Source: Bacillales bacterium UBA4100 (GTDB lineage: Bacteria > Bacillota > Bacilli > Paenibacillales > UBA4045). Taken from it: 64,000 nt of DNA. Of this stretch, positions 51,881-60,877 are shown one piece after another; the stretch's first letter is position 1; each line of letters begins with the position of its first letter. The position numbers and the translations under genes were made by a program. The stretch lies in contig DFXU01000049.1 of NCBI GenBank assembly GCA_002383285.1, positions 8,558 through 72,557 on the forward strand, in the 5' to 3' direction. The notes beneath the pieces are model-generated. The model did no database searches and was not told where the DNA came from. It was given only the letters and a program-made list of their open reading frames with translations.

Positions 51881-54373
51881 ATGCGCACAGAATTAGAGAT
51901 ACTTGATTTTATGCGGGGAACCGCGTACAAGCCAATGACCTATCAAGAGCTTGGAGAACAGCTTAATATTACGGATAAGCAAGAGCTTAAGCTACTACTC
52001 AGGGTGCTTATGGAATTAGAGCAGGATGGCTCAATCTACCGTAATCGGAATGATCGCTATGGTATACCCGAGCGGATGAATTTAATTCGCGGTCGCCTGC
52101 AGGCTCATGCGAAGGGCTTTGGCTTCCTGATTCCGGAGAATAAAGAGCAGGTGGATATATATATCCACGCTAATGACCTGCATGGTGCAATGAATAATGA
52201 TACATTATTCGTTCGTATTACCGGCAAGAGCAACTCAGGTAAGCAGGAGGGTGAAGTCGTTCGAGTGATTAATCGAGCGAATACCCAGATCGTTGGCACC
52301 GTAGAGAGCACTGAGAATTTTACCTTCGTACACGCAGATGACAAAAGAATCAATAAGGATATCTTCGTCCCGACCAAATCGATGATGGGCGCTGTTAATG
52401 GACAGAAGGTCGTTGTTCGAATCGTTCATTATCCAGAGGATGTGCGGGCAGCTGCAGAGGGTGAAATTATAGAAATTCTAGGGCATAAGGACGATCCTGG
52501 GGTGGACATCCTCTCGATTATTCGTAAGCATCAGCTGCCGGAGAGCTTCCCAGACGAAGTAACTGAAGAAGCGAATGGTGTCCCTGATTCGATAAGTGAA
52601 GATGAGCTGCAGGGACGCAGAGATTTGCGGAATACGCGGACCGTCACGATTGATGGTGAAGATGCTAAGGATTTAGATGATGCTGTACAGGTTGAACGCT
52701 TGGACAATGGGAATATCATCTTACGTGTATCTATTGCGGATGTTGGTTATTATGTCCGTGAGAAATCTAGGCTGGATGAAGAAGCTTATAACCGAGGCTG
52801 TAGTGTATATTTGGTTGACCGTGTAATTCCAATGCTGCCTCATCGATTATCGAATGGCATATGCAGCTTAAATCCACAGGTAGATCGTCTTGCTCTAACC
52901 TGTGAGATGGAGATTGATGATGAAGCGAAGGTAGTTAATCATGATATCTATAGCAGTGTTATTCGGACCGTAGAGCGTATGACGTATACGAATGTACGTA
53001 AGATATTGGTTGATCGTGATCCCGAATTAATCGAGAGGTATAGCAGCTTAGTGGCTGACTTTGAATTAATGGACCAGCTGCGGCAGCGACTTAGACAAGG
53101 TCGCATGAGTCGGGGAGCGATTGACTTTGATTTTCCCGAAGCAAAGATTCTAGTCGATGAGAATGGCAAGCCCTATGATATCGTGAAGCGAGATCGCTCA
53201 GTAGCCGAGATGCTCATCGAGGAGTTCATGCTTGTAGCGAATGAAACTGTTGCAGAGCACTTTAATAAGCTGAAGGTACCGTTCCTATATCGAATTCATG
53301 AGGATCCAGATAGCGAGAAGCTAATGCGGTTTGTTGAGTTTGCTGCGAACTTCGGCTACATGATTAAGGGAATTAAAGGTGCGAAGGTTCATCCTCAAAC
53401 CTTACAGAAGCTATTAGATGAGATAAAGGGTACAAAGGAAGAGACCGTTATCAGCACAGTCATGCTGAGATCGATGAAGCAAGCGAAGTATGATGCCGAA
53501 AGCACCGGACACTTCGGCTTGGCTGCGGAGTTTTATTCACATTTTACATCACCAATTCGTAGGTATCCAGATCTCGTCATTCATCGTATGATTCGTGAGA
53601 TTTTACTAACAGGCAAGCTATCGGACAAGCGCCATGAATACTTAGCAGAACGAATGGTTGATATAGCTAAGCAATCGTCTGAGCGAGAACGGACAGCTGT
53701 TGAAGCCGAGCGTGATACGGATGACCTCAAGAAGGCAGAATTCATGCTGGATAAGATTGGTGAGGAATTTGAAGGGATAATCAGCAGTGTTACAAGCTTC
53801 GGAATGTTCGTCGAACTAACGAATACCGTAGAAGGTCTAATCCGCTTAAGTGACCTGACGGATGACTACTATAATCATCACGAGCTGCAGCATGCATTAA
53901 TTGGTGAGCGGACGTCCAAGGTATTCCGTCTTGGTGATGAGGTGAAGGTTCGAGTAGCGCGAGTGAATATGGATGATCATACGATTGATTTCGAGATGGT
54001 CGATATGAAGCCTAGAGATAAATCAATGAATGTCGTTGGAGGCTTTAATGGTAGGAGTCGTGGCGAGAAGTACATGAAGGCTGCGGAATCAGGCAAAGGG
54101 AAATCTGCAGGCCGTAGCGGTAAGGGCGGCAAAGCGGGAAGTCCGTTTGCTGGCAAGCAAGGTAAAGCGGCAGGAGCAGGTAGTGGTAAGAAGAATAGAG
54201 GTGCTTCTGGAGCAGGAGGCAAGGCTGGAGCCGGTGGCGGATTGAAGAGTGTTAAGACATCTAGATTGAATGTGGATACGAATGGCAATGCCAATGCCAG
54301 AGCAGGAGATCCAGTGGGTGAGGGCGCAATGGTGAAGAAGAAAAAGAAGCGATTCTTTAAGAAAAAACCATAA
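51881..54373 (+). CDS. rnr: Ribonuclease R with a Lys/Gly-rich C-terminal tail
   Basis: The RNB catalytic region (…DGEDAKDLDDAV…, …HFGLAAEFYSHFTSPIRRYPDL…), S1 domain and basic tail are present. ATG 51881 follows AGAGGTG. Confidence 0.95.
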   Translation: MRTELEILDFMRGTAYKPMTYQELGEQLNITDKQELKLLLRVLMELEQDGSIYRNRNDRYGIPERMNLIRGRLQAHAKGFGFLIPENKEQVDIYIHANDLHGAMNNDTLFVRITGKSNSGKQEGEVVRVINRANTQIVGTVESTENFTFVHADDKRINKDIFVPTKSMMGAVNGQKVVVRIVHYPEDVRAAAEGEIIEILGHKDDPGVDILSIIRKHQLPESFPDEVTEEANGVPDSISEDELQGRRDLRNTRTVTIDGEDAKDLDDAVQVERLDNGNIILRVSIADVGYYVREKSRLDEEAYNRGCSVYLVDRVIPMLPHRLSNGICSLNPQVDRLALTCEMEIDDEAKVVNHDIYSSVIRTVERMTYTNVRKILVDRDPELIERYSSLVADFELMDQLRQRLRQGRMSRGAIDFDFPEAKILVDENGKPYDIVKRDRSVAEMLIEEFMLVANETVAEHFNKLKVPFLYRIHEDPDSEKLMRFVEFAANFGYMIKGIKGAKVHPQTLQKLLDEIKGTKEETVISTVMLRSMKQAKYDAESTGHFGLAAEFYSHFTSPIRRYPDLVIHRMIREILLTGKLSDKRHEYLAERMVDIAKQSSERERTAVEAERDTDDLKKAEFMLDKIGEEFEGIISSVTSFGMFVELTNTVEGLIRLSDLTDDYYNHHELQHALIGERTSKVFRLGDEVKVRVARVNMDDHTIDFEMVDMKPRDKSMNVVGGFNGRSRGEKYMKAAESGKGKSAGRSGKGGKAGSPFAGKQGKAAGAGSGKKNRGASGAGGKAGAGGGLKSVKTSRLNVDTNGNANARAGDPVGEGAMVKKKKKRFFKKKP

Positions 54374-54491
54374 GAGCTAATCAAGGCGCAGGTTGATTAT
54401 ATTCGATTATTACCTTGATTTCAGATAATGAAGTTGTTACAATAAGTGCTCAGGAACAGCTACAAGTGGGTGACTTAGGGAGAGGAATATT

Positions 54492-54974
54492 ATGGCGAAG
54501 CGTAAAAATGATAGCGGCGCTCTTGCACAGAATCGTAAAGCTTCCCATGATTACTTCATTGAGGAAACTTACGAGGCAGGATTAGTGCTTACGGGGACAG
54601 AGATTAAATCGGTAAGACTAAGTAAAGTAAACATCGGCGATGCCTTCGCCACCATTCGTAATGGGGAAGCGTTCATTCACAACATGCACATTAGTCCATT
54701 CGAGAATGGGAATCGCAGTAATCCGAGTGATCCGACTCAGACGCGCAAGCTGCTGATGAAGAAAGCTCAGATTCACACCTTGCTCGGTACAATCAAGCGT
54801 GAGGGTTATACATTAGTACCGTTAAAGGTATATATCCGTAATGGTTTTGCGAAGCTACTGCTCGGTGTCGGCAAGGGGAAGAAGCAATATGACAAGCGTG
54901 CGACTGATGCGAAGCGTGATGCAGAGCGTGATATCCGCAGGGTATTGCGGGAGAAGCAGAAGGTTGCTCAGTAA
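54492..54974 (+). CDS. smpB: SsrA-binding protein
   Basis: NRKASHDYFIEETYEAGLVLTGTEIKS… is canonical SmpB. Confidence 0.97.
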   Translation: MAKRKNDSGALAQNRKASHDYFIEETYEAGLVLTGTEIKSVRLSKVNIGDAFATIRNGEAFIHNMHISPFENGNRSNPSDPTQTRKLLMKKAQIHTLLGTIKREGYTLVPLKVYIRNGFAKLLLGVGKGKKQYDKRATDAKRDAERDIRRVLREKQKVAQ

Positions 54975-55140
54975 TTGCTAGTTGTACTGATTATTGGTTA
55001 GGAATTTCCCATCATTATTCAAGGCAGAGTATCCTCAATTGTGGTATACTTACAAGTGTAAGAACAGTTCTTGCTCATACCTGAGCTAGTCCATGGCTTC
55101 ATTCTTGGCAGATGTCGATCTTAGATTGATAGCCAATCAT

Positions 55141-55504
55141 GGGGGCGTTATGGATTCGACGGGGGTAGTACGAGCATGAGTTGCGGGTAGTGGGGAGCGT
55201 CCGCTTCATCAACGCTAAAGCCTATTAAATGGCAAATCACAAAACAACTACGCTTTAGCAGCCTAAGAAACTGTTGGCGTGCTCTTACCTAGCATCGCCC
55301 ATGTGACTGGGATAAGGGCTCAACTATAGTGGGATACGCTGATCGGTCTCCGCCTGGGGTCGGTTAGAGGAAGATAATCAGGCTGACCTGAAGAGTAGTT
55401 GGTTACAGAACGACTCTAGGGTGACATCAAAGCTGTAACTACACCCGTAGATGCTTATGTGGCGTTATTCTCGGACAGGGGTTCAAATCCCCTCGCCTCC
55501 ACCA
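55141..55504 (+). ncRNA. ssrA: tmRNA (SsrA), 364 nt including CCA; tag reading frame 55231..55266 encodes GKSQNNYALAA-stop
   Basis: The 5' GGGGGCG pairs with the 3' CGCCTCC-A-CCA, including the G3:U pair. The T arm is GGGGTTCAAATCCCC. The internal ORF GGC AAA TCA CAA AAC AAC TAC GCT TTA GCA GCC TAA ends in the typical ALAA. It lies downstream of smpB. Confidence 0.95.
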
Positions 55505-55515
55505 ATACTATGTAG

Positions 55516-55543
55516 AACCCGACCTCGTGAGGTCGGGTTTTTG
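55516..55543 (+). terminator. Rho-independent terminator after ssrA
   Basis: AACCCGACCT-CGTG-AGGTCGGGTT followed by TTTT. Confidence 0.85.
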
Positions 55544-55609
55544 CTGCAGGAATTTTCAGGTTTTTACAGAATATTGTATCAGTGAAATACATATTTCAGG
55601 AGGTTTTAA

Positions 55610-57478
55610 ATGAGAACCACTTACAAAGCAATTTTATTAACACTAATATTATGTATAATATCCCCAGTATTAGGCTATCAAGTTTCGGCGGAAGATAATA
55701 TCCTCATTAAGGTTTACATCAATGAGGAGCAAGTAAATTTCGACAAGCAACCACTAATGATCCAAGATACAACGATGGTTCCATTTCGAGCTTTGTTCGA
55801 GAAACTCGGAGTTTCTATTGTTTGGAATCCATTGCTTCAAGAGATTATTGGAACACGGGATGAACTGACCATTCGCTTGACAGTTGGTAAGAGTGATGCT
55901 TTTGTGAATGGAAAGCTGACTAAACTGAATGTACCTGCTCAGCTCATCGATGGAAGCACTTATGTCCCACTACGTTTTATCGGAGAAGCCTTGGATAGTG
56001 AGGTGAATTGGGATTCGGGTAAGAGATCAATTTTTATTGCCACAAAGGTACCTGTAACGATAAAGGATATCTCGGTTGGATATGATCATACACTTGCTCT
56101 GATGTCAAATGGAACTGTTAAGGCGTGGGGTAACAATGACTATGGACAATTAGCGGTTATTGATCGAATAGAACCTTCATTTGCTCAGCTAGAGGTTAAA
56201 GGGCTTGATAAAGTCATAGCGATTGCTGCTGGCTATAAGTATTCACTTGCTTTGAAGAGTGACGGAACAGTTTTACAATGGGGTTCTACCTTAGGAGAGT
56301 CTGAGGATTACGTCTACCCATCCCCAACAAAGATTAATGATTTACAGGATGTAATACAAATATACTCATCTTTTTCTAGATCCTATGCGGTTAAGGGTGA
56401 TGGGACGTTATGGGCTTGGGGCGATGGTAACATAGGAGCTCTTGGAGAAGGAGGTAGATTCGTAACGGTACAACCTATTCAGATACTAGGTATGGAGAAC
56501 GTAGCAAACATTGCTATTGGTGTATCCAGTACTACTCTCTTAAAAACCGATGGTACAGTTTGGACTTGGGGTAGTAATATGTTCGGCGAGTTGGGAAATG
56601 GAGAAACAGGATTTGGTATTGGTGATCAAAGCAAGGATGTTCTAATTCCGTTTCAGTTAAAAGAATTAAACCATATTACTCAAATTTCTTCAGGGTACTC
56701 CCATACGCTTGCATTGTCTAGTGAAGGAAAGGTTTGGACTTGGGGAGAGAATAGCTATGGACAGTTAGGTAATGGTGGTACAGAGAATCAACTGATTCCT
56801 ATCGAATTAAAGGTAAGTTGGCCAGTAAAGATTGTAGTGGCGTCTAGAACTCATTCCTATATCTTAAATCAGAATGGCGACATATCGGGTTGGGGAGATA
56901 ACCTTAGAGGGGCACTTGGCAATGGAACCTTCAAGCCTGCTAATAGTCCGCAGCTTATTGTAAATCAGAATAACATTATTGCTATTCGTTCAAGTGAACA
57001 ACAAATATTTACTTTCTCAGCAAATGGTCAGATATGGACTTGGGGCGATAACTCTTATGGACAATTAGGAATCAATCAATATGAGTCAGTATACCTTTCA
57101 CCTCAATTAATGAGTGTCTCTAATAGTAATAGAAATGAAAGTGAAGAATCGTCAATTGCGATGGTGACAGATTATCACGAAATTGTTGAGGCGGGTAAAA
57201 TGTATGTGAGGGAATCGTTAGACAAAATGGAAACTACCTTTGCTCAAGGTGGATTAGATCTGCAAAATGAAATAGTTGAAATAACAGTGGAAGACATCCG
57301 TGCAGATTCATCGGGGGGGATAGTAACATTAATTCTTGAGGTTGAATCAATTGCTACCACGGACAGTGGAAGGACACAGTTTATCCAAGAGTTTAATTGC
57401 GAAGTCTCAGAAGAAGTGGGTACGTGGAAGGTTACCAAAGAAAATTCGGTTATGAAGCTATCTCAGAAATGGCTTTGA
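55610..57478 (+). CDS. Secreted RCC1-repeat (beta-propeller) protein with an N-terminal copper-amine-oxidase-like stalk domain and an unassigned ~120-aa C-terminal domain
   Basis: A signal peptide is followed by a Cu_amine_oxidN1-like segment (…MVPFRALFEKLG…YVPLRFIGEALDSEVNWD…). Seven W-G-x-N-x-Y/F-G-Q/E-L-G type repeats follow. AGGAGG RBS. Confidence 0.8.
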   Translation: MRTTYKAILLTLILCIISPVLGYQVSAEDNILIKVYINEEQVNFDKQPLMIQDTTMVPFRALFEKLGVSIVWNPLLQEIIGTRDELTIRLTVGKSDAFVNGKLTKLNVPAQLIDGSTYVPLRFIGEALDSEVNWDSGKRSIFIATKVPVTIKDISVGYDHTLALMSNGTVKAWGNNDYGQLAVIDRIEPSFAQLEVKGLDKVIAIAAGYKYSLALKSDGTVLQWGSTLGESEDYVYPSPTKINDLQDVIQIYSSFSRSYAVKGDGTLWAWGDGNIGALGEGGRFVTVQPIQILGMENVANIAIGVSSTTLLKTDGTVWTWGSNMFGELGNGETGFGIGDQSKDVLIPFQLKELNHITQISSGYSHTLALSSEGKVWTWGENSYGQLGNGGTENQLIPIELKVSWPVKIVVASRTHSYILNQNGDISGWGDNLRGALGNGTFKPANSPQLIVNQNNIIAIRSSEQQIFTFSANGQIWTWGDNSYGQLGINQYESVYLSPQLMSVSNSNRNESEESSIAMVTDYHEIVEAGKMYVRESLDKMETTFAQGGLDLQNEIVEITVEDIRADSSGGIVTLILEVESIATTDSGRTQFIQEFNCEVSEEVGTWKVTKENSVMKLSQKWL

Positions 57479-57483
57479 CTCAT

Positions 57484-57536
57484 TTAAATGGCAAATCACA
57501 AAACAACTACGCTTTAGCAGGCTAAGAAACTGTTGG
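57484..57536 (+). repeat. 53-bp direct repeat of the tmRNA tag-template segment (copy of 55225..55277)
   Basis: 52/53 identical by hand alignment. The single C-to-G difference at 57521 turns the final Ala codon of the tag into Gly (…YALAG-stop). It starts 6 nt after the RCC1 gene stop. Confidence 0.9.
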
Positions 57537-57730
57537 ATTACCTCCAGTATTGGCTGGCCTGAAAGAAATGGCCTTGCCCGAGTAAGCTATTCAATCGAAC
57601 AAGGAGCAGCTTACGCAAGGAATCCTCGCTGAGATAGAAAAAGTCATTCCTGTGTAAAGGAATCTATATTGCACTTAGAATCGGGCACCCCCAGGACTTA
57701 TATAAAATTCAAATCGCCGGATAAAGTGTA

Positions 57731-57760
57731 TTGACAAATTGCATTAAAAGGGGTTATATT
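57731..57760 (+). promoter_or_regulatory. Promoter of the LacI-family gene (TTGACA-N18-TATATT)
   Basis: Hexamers at 57731..57736 and 57755..57760. Confidence 0.6.
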
Positions 57761-57805
57761 TACTACGCAAACGTTTTTCTGAACAAAGAAAACGTTTGCG
57801 TAGTA
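57761..57805. promoter_or_regulatory. Perfect 17-bp inverted repeat (TACTACGCAAACGTTTT / AAAACGTTTGCGTAGTA) with an 11-nt spacer; twin LacI-type operators or a 5'-UTR hairpin
   Basis: Arms at 57761..57777 and 57789..57805. Each arm contains the AAACGTTT core, and the central CG dinucleotides are 21 bp apart. Confidence 0.6.
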
Positions 57806-57825
57806 AGAAAAGAGGGGTGGTCACA

Positions 57826-58830
57826 ATGCGTTCAGGGATCAAACAGGTTGCCGGAATGGCCGGTGTTTCCACTTCAACAGTCTCACATGTCATCAATAAC
57901 ACTCGTTTTGTATCAGAAGAGACTAAGGCAAAAGTTTTTTATGCAATGAAGATGCTTGATTATCGCCCAAACTCTGCGGCACAAAGCTTACGAAACCAGC
58001 GTTCTAATACAATAGGTCTGATTGTTCCAATTCTTCCTTCAGATACCTCCAATTTTTTCTTCATGACAGTGGCTCAAGGGATTCAAAAGGTATTACATAA
58101 ACATGGTTATCATTTATTACTTAGCAATAACTCTACAGAAGAAATTGAGGAAGAGAAGGAACAAATTAAACTATTCAATTCTAAACAGATCGATGGGCTT
58201 ATTATAGCTTCTATCTCAGAAGATGTCAGTTATTTGAATGAAATTGTAGCAACGGATTATCCGGTTGTGTTCATTGATAGAAAACCGAAGGGGTATACAG
58301 GAGATTGCATTATTTCGGATAGCGTTGGTGGCTCTTTCCATGCAGTACAATCCTTGATCGATAAAGGGCACCGCAAGATTGGACTTATCACCGGTAATCT
58401 GGGGATTACAACAAGTAACGAAAGACTTGTAGGATATAAGAAAGCACTTTTGAAAAATGGAATTGCCTATAACGATTCTCGCGTAGTCACTTCAGGCTCT
58501 ACCTTCGAGAGCGGGTTCGAAAGCGCCAAGGAGATATTGTCTACCCAAGACATTACCGCCCTGTTCATTACGAATAACGTACTCACAATGGGTGCTATGA
58601 AATTCTTGCAAGACGAGAAAATTAAGATACCGTCTGATTTGGCGGTAATTGGCTTTGATGATTATGATTGGACTCAGATAACGACTCCACCATTAACGGT
58701 AATTAGGCAGCCATCATTTGATCTTGGGATGAAAGCAGCGGAAGTCATTATGAATAGGATTAATAAGGACACTTCTAGTTATAAGGAACACAGATTAAAA
58801 ACGGAATTGGTTATTAGAGGCTCGTGCTAA
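57826..58830 (+). CDS. LacI-family transcriptional regulator
   Basis: IKQVAGMAGVSTSTVSHVINN HTH and a sugar-binding body. ATG 57826 follows GAGGGGTGG. Confidence 0.9.
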   Translation: MRSGIKQVAGMAGVSTSTVSHVINNTRFVSEETKAKVFYAMKMLDYRPNSAAQSLRNQRSNTIGLIVPILPSDTSNFFFMTVAQGIQKVLHKHGYHLLLSNNSTEEIEEEKEQIKLFNSKQIDGLIIASISEDVSYLNEIVATDYPVVFIDRKPKGYTGDCIISDSVGGSFHAVQSLIDKGHRKIGLITGNLGITTSNERLVGYKKALLKNGIAYNDSRVVTSGSTFESGFESAKEILSTQDITALFITNNVLTMGAMKFLQDEKIKIPSDLAVIGFDDYDWTQITTPPLTVIRQPSFDLGMKAAEVIMNRINKDTSSYKEHRLKTELVIRGSC

Positions 58831-58861
58831 TGGTATAGTACGACCTATTTTTTTAAAATTC

Positions 58862-58888
58862 AGAAAAACGTTTGCGTAAACGTTTATT
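58862..58888. promoter_or_regulatory. Operator-like AAACGTTTGCG / GCGTAAACGTTT motifs upstream of the ABC permease operon
   Basis: AGAAAAACGTTTGCGTAAACGTTTATT shares the AAAACGTTTGCGTA word with the inverted repeat at 57789..57802. Confidence 0.55.
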
Positions 58889-58909
58889 TGTAAGAACTGG
58901 GGGAACATC

Positions 58910-59851
58910 ATGGAATTAAACAGTACAAATTTATTGATTAAATCAAAAAGACAAGTATGGAAGCAGATTAGAGGGAATTGGGAACTCTATTTGCTCCTTA
59001 TCGCTCCTGTCGTTTATTTCATCATCTTCAGGTATCTACCGATGTACGGTGTTCTAATTGCTTTCAAAGACTTTGCTGCCACACAAGGAATATGGGGTAG
59101 CCCCTGGGTAGGATTTAAGCACTTTATCGAGTTCTTTGATTCATATAACTTTGTCCAAATTTTAAAAAACACCGTTTATCTAAGTTTGTTACTACTTGTG
59201 ATTGCTTTTCCTATTCCTATCATCATTGCGCTTATGATAAACCAAGTGGCTCATCAGAAAATCAAGAAATTCATGCAAACCTCCATTTATGCACCCTACT
59301 TCATTTCTACAGTGGTTCTAATTGGTATGGTATATGTCTTTCTTTCTCCTAATAGCGGCATCGTAAATCATCTTATCGTAGCTCTTGGCGGTGATCCGAT
59401 TTTATTCATGGCGAAGATGGAGTGGTTCAGGCCTATCTATGTATTTACGGAAGTTTGGCAGAATACAGGCTTTGCATCTATTATCTATCTTGCGGCTTTG
59501 GCCGGAGTTGATCCGCACTTACACGAGGCTGCGGTTGTCGATGGAGCGAATAAGTGGCAACGCGTGCGCCACATTGATTTACCTGGTATTGTACCTACCA
59601 TTCTCATTTTATTTATTTTAGCGGTCGGTAATCTAATGAACATCGGTTTTGAGAAGGCTTTCTTGATGCAAACCGACATCAATGTGGGTACTTCTGAAAT
59701 CATTCCTACTTATGTTTATAAAATGGGTATTCAGCGGGCGTTATATAGTTTCTCAGCAGCAATCGGCATGATTAACGCGGTAATAAATTTGATTCTGCTT
59801 GTTCTGGTTAACCGAATCGTTAAAAAACTAAGCGGTAATGGATTATTCTAA
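58910..59851 (+). CDS. Carbohydrate ABC transporter permease (LplB-like)
   Basis: A six-TM MalF/LplB-type permease with an EAA-like loop (…AALAGVDPHLHEAAVVDGANKWQRVRHIDLP…). Confidence 0.85.
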   Translation: MELNSTNLLIKSKRQVWKQIRGNWELYLLLIAPVVYFIIFRYLPMYGVLIAFKDFAATQGIWGSPWVGFKHFIEFFDSYNFVQILKNTVYLSLLLLVIAFPIPIIIALMINQVAHQKIKKFMQTSIYAPYFISTVVLIGMVYVFLSPNSGIVNHLIVALGGDPILFMAKMEWFRPIYVFTEVWQNTGFASIIYLAALAGVDPHLHEAAVVDGANKWQRVRHIDLPGIVPTILILFILAVGNLMNIGFEKAFLMQTDINVGTSEIIPTYVYKMGIQRALYSFSAAIGMINAVINLILLVLVNRIVKKLSGNGLF

Positions 59852-59869
59852 GGAAGGAGTGGACCCAAA

Positions 59870-60760
59870 TTGCAAACCATAAAGAGAAAATCGAATGCAG
59901 ACATTCTGTTTGATATTACCAATTACACACTCTTGGGTGGATTCGTATTGATGATCTTGTACCCGCTCTACTTCATCTTAATCGCCTCCTTCAGTGATCC
60001 GAATGCGATAAGTTCGGGGGAAGTTTGGCTTATACCGCAAGATATTACTTTTGAAGGATATCAGCGTATTTTCAATGATGGAGCGATATGGAATGGTTAC
60101 AAAAATTCAATATTATATGCAACACTTGCAGCAATCATTGGTACAGCTCTTGCGATTATGGCGGCATATCCTTTATCACGTAAGGATCTATATGGCCGTA
60201 AGATCATTACTATTTTCTTTATTATCACGTTGTTCTTTAATGGAGGTCTTATACCTACCTATTTGTTAGTGAAGAAGCTTCATATGGTTGACACAATTTG
60301 GGCTGTAGTTCTGCTCTCGGTCGTGGATGCTTTTGTTATTATTATCGCTCGAACATTTTTTGAAGGACTTCCAGAGGAGGTACATGAAGCGGCAACTATC
60401 GACGGGTGTACGAACTTGAGATATATTGGCAGTTTTGTTATTCCCTTATCGAAGCCGATTATTGCTGTTTTAGTATTGTTCGCGGTGGTTAGGCAGTGGA
60501 ACGGATTTTTTGATGCTTTGATTTACTTGAATGATGGGGATAAGTATCCGCTGCAGTTAATACTGAGAAATATCCTGATCCAGAACCAACCCTCAGGCAA
60601 TATGGTGGATGATATTCAAACAGCATTAGAAAAGCAACGTGTTGTGGGATTGATAAAGTATGGAGTCATTGTTATTGCTGCGCTTCCTTTATTAGTTTTA
60701 TACCCTTTCTTACAACGGTATTTTGTTAAAGGTGTATTTATCGGTTCGGTCAAAGGTTGA
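59870..60760 (+). CDS. Carbohydrate ABC transporter permease (LplC-like)
   Basis: A MalG/LplC-type permease with an EAA loop (…EVHEAATIDGCTNLRYIGSFVIPLSKP…). TTG start after GGAGTGG. Confidence 0.85.
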   Translation: MQTIKRKSNADILFDITNYTLLGGFVLMILYPLYFILIASFSDPNAISSGEVWLIPQDITFEGYQRIFNDGAIWNGYKNSILYATLAAIIGTALAIMAAYPLSRKDLYGRKIITIFFIITLFFNGGLIPTYLLVKKLHMVDTIWAVVLLSVVDAFVIIIARTFFEGLPEEVHEAATIDGCTNLRYIGSFVIPLSKPIIAVLVLFAVVRQWNGFFDALIYLNDGDKYPLQLILRNILIQNQPSGNMVDDIQTALEKQRVVGLIKYGVIVIAALPLLVLYPFLQRYFVKGVFIGSVKG

Positions 60761-60877
60761 GACCGAATCGTTAATAAAATACTCATTAAGGGAGGTGAGC
60801 GTGTAGGCGGGAAATGTTGTCGAATAGTAAGACTAACGTGCGGATCCTAGTAAGCCAATCCAGGGAGGTTGAATTCA

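Noticed and set aside
55505-57730. Classical ssrA-targeted genomic island or prophage
   Set aside because: No integrase or other mobility gene is present. The duplicated segment is the internal tag region rather than the 3' end of ssrA. The observation is kept as an unexplained repeat instead.
57731-57949. 72-aa ORF overlapping the LacI-family gene promoter and start
   Set aside because: It begins at the -35 hexamer, runs through the operator repeat and is out of frame with the well-supported regulator gene.
58862-58888. CcpA cre site in the transporter operon leader
   Set aside because: Hand alignment to WTGNAANCGNWNNCW fails at the TG/CA ends for both CG centres. The motif fits the locus-specific LacI operator better.
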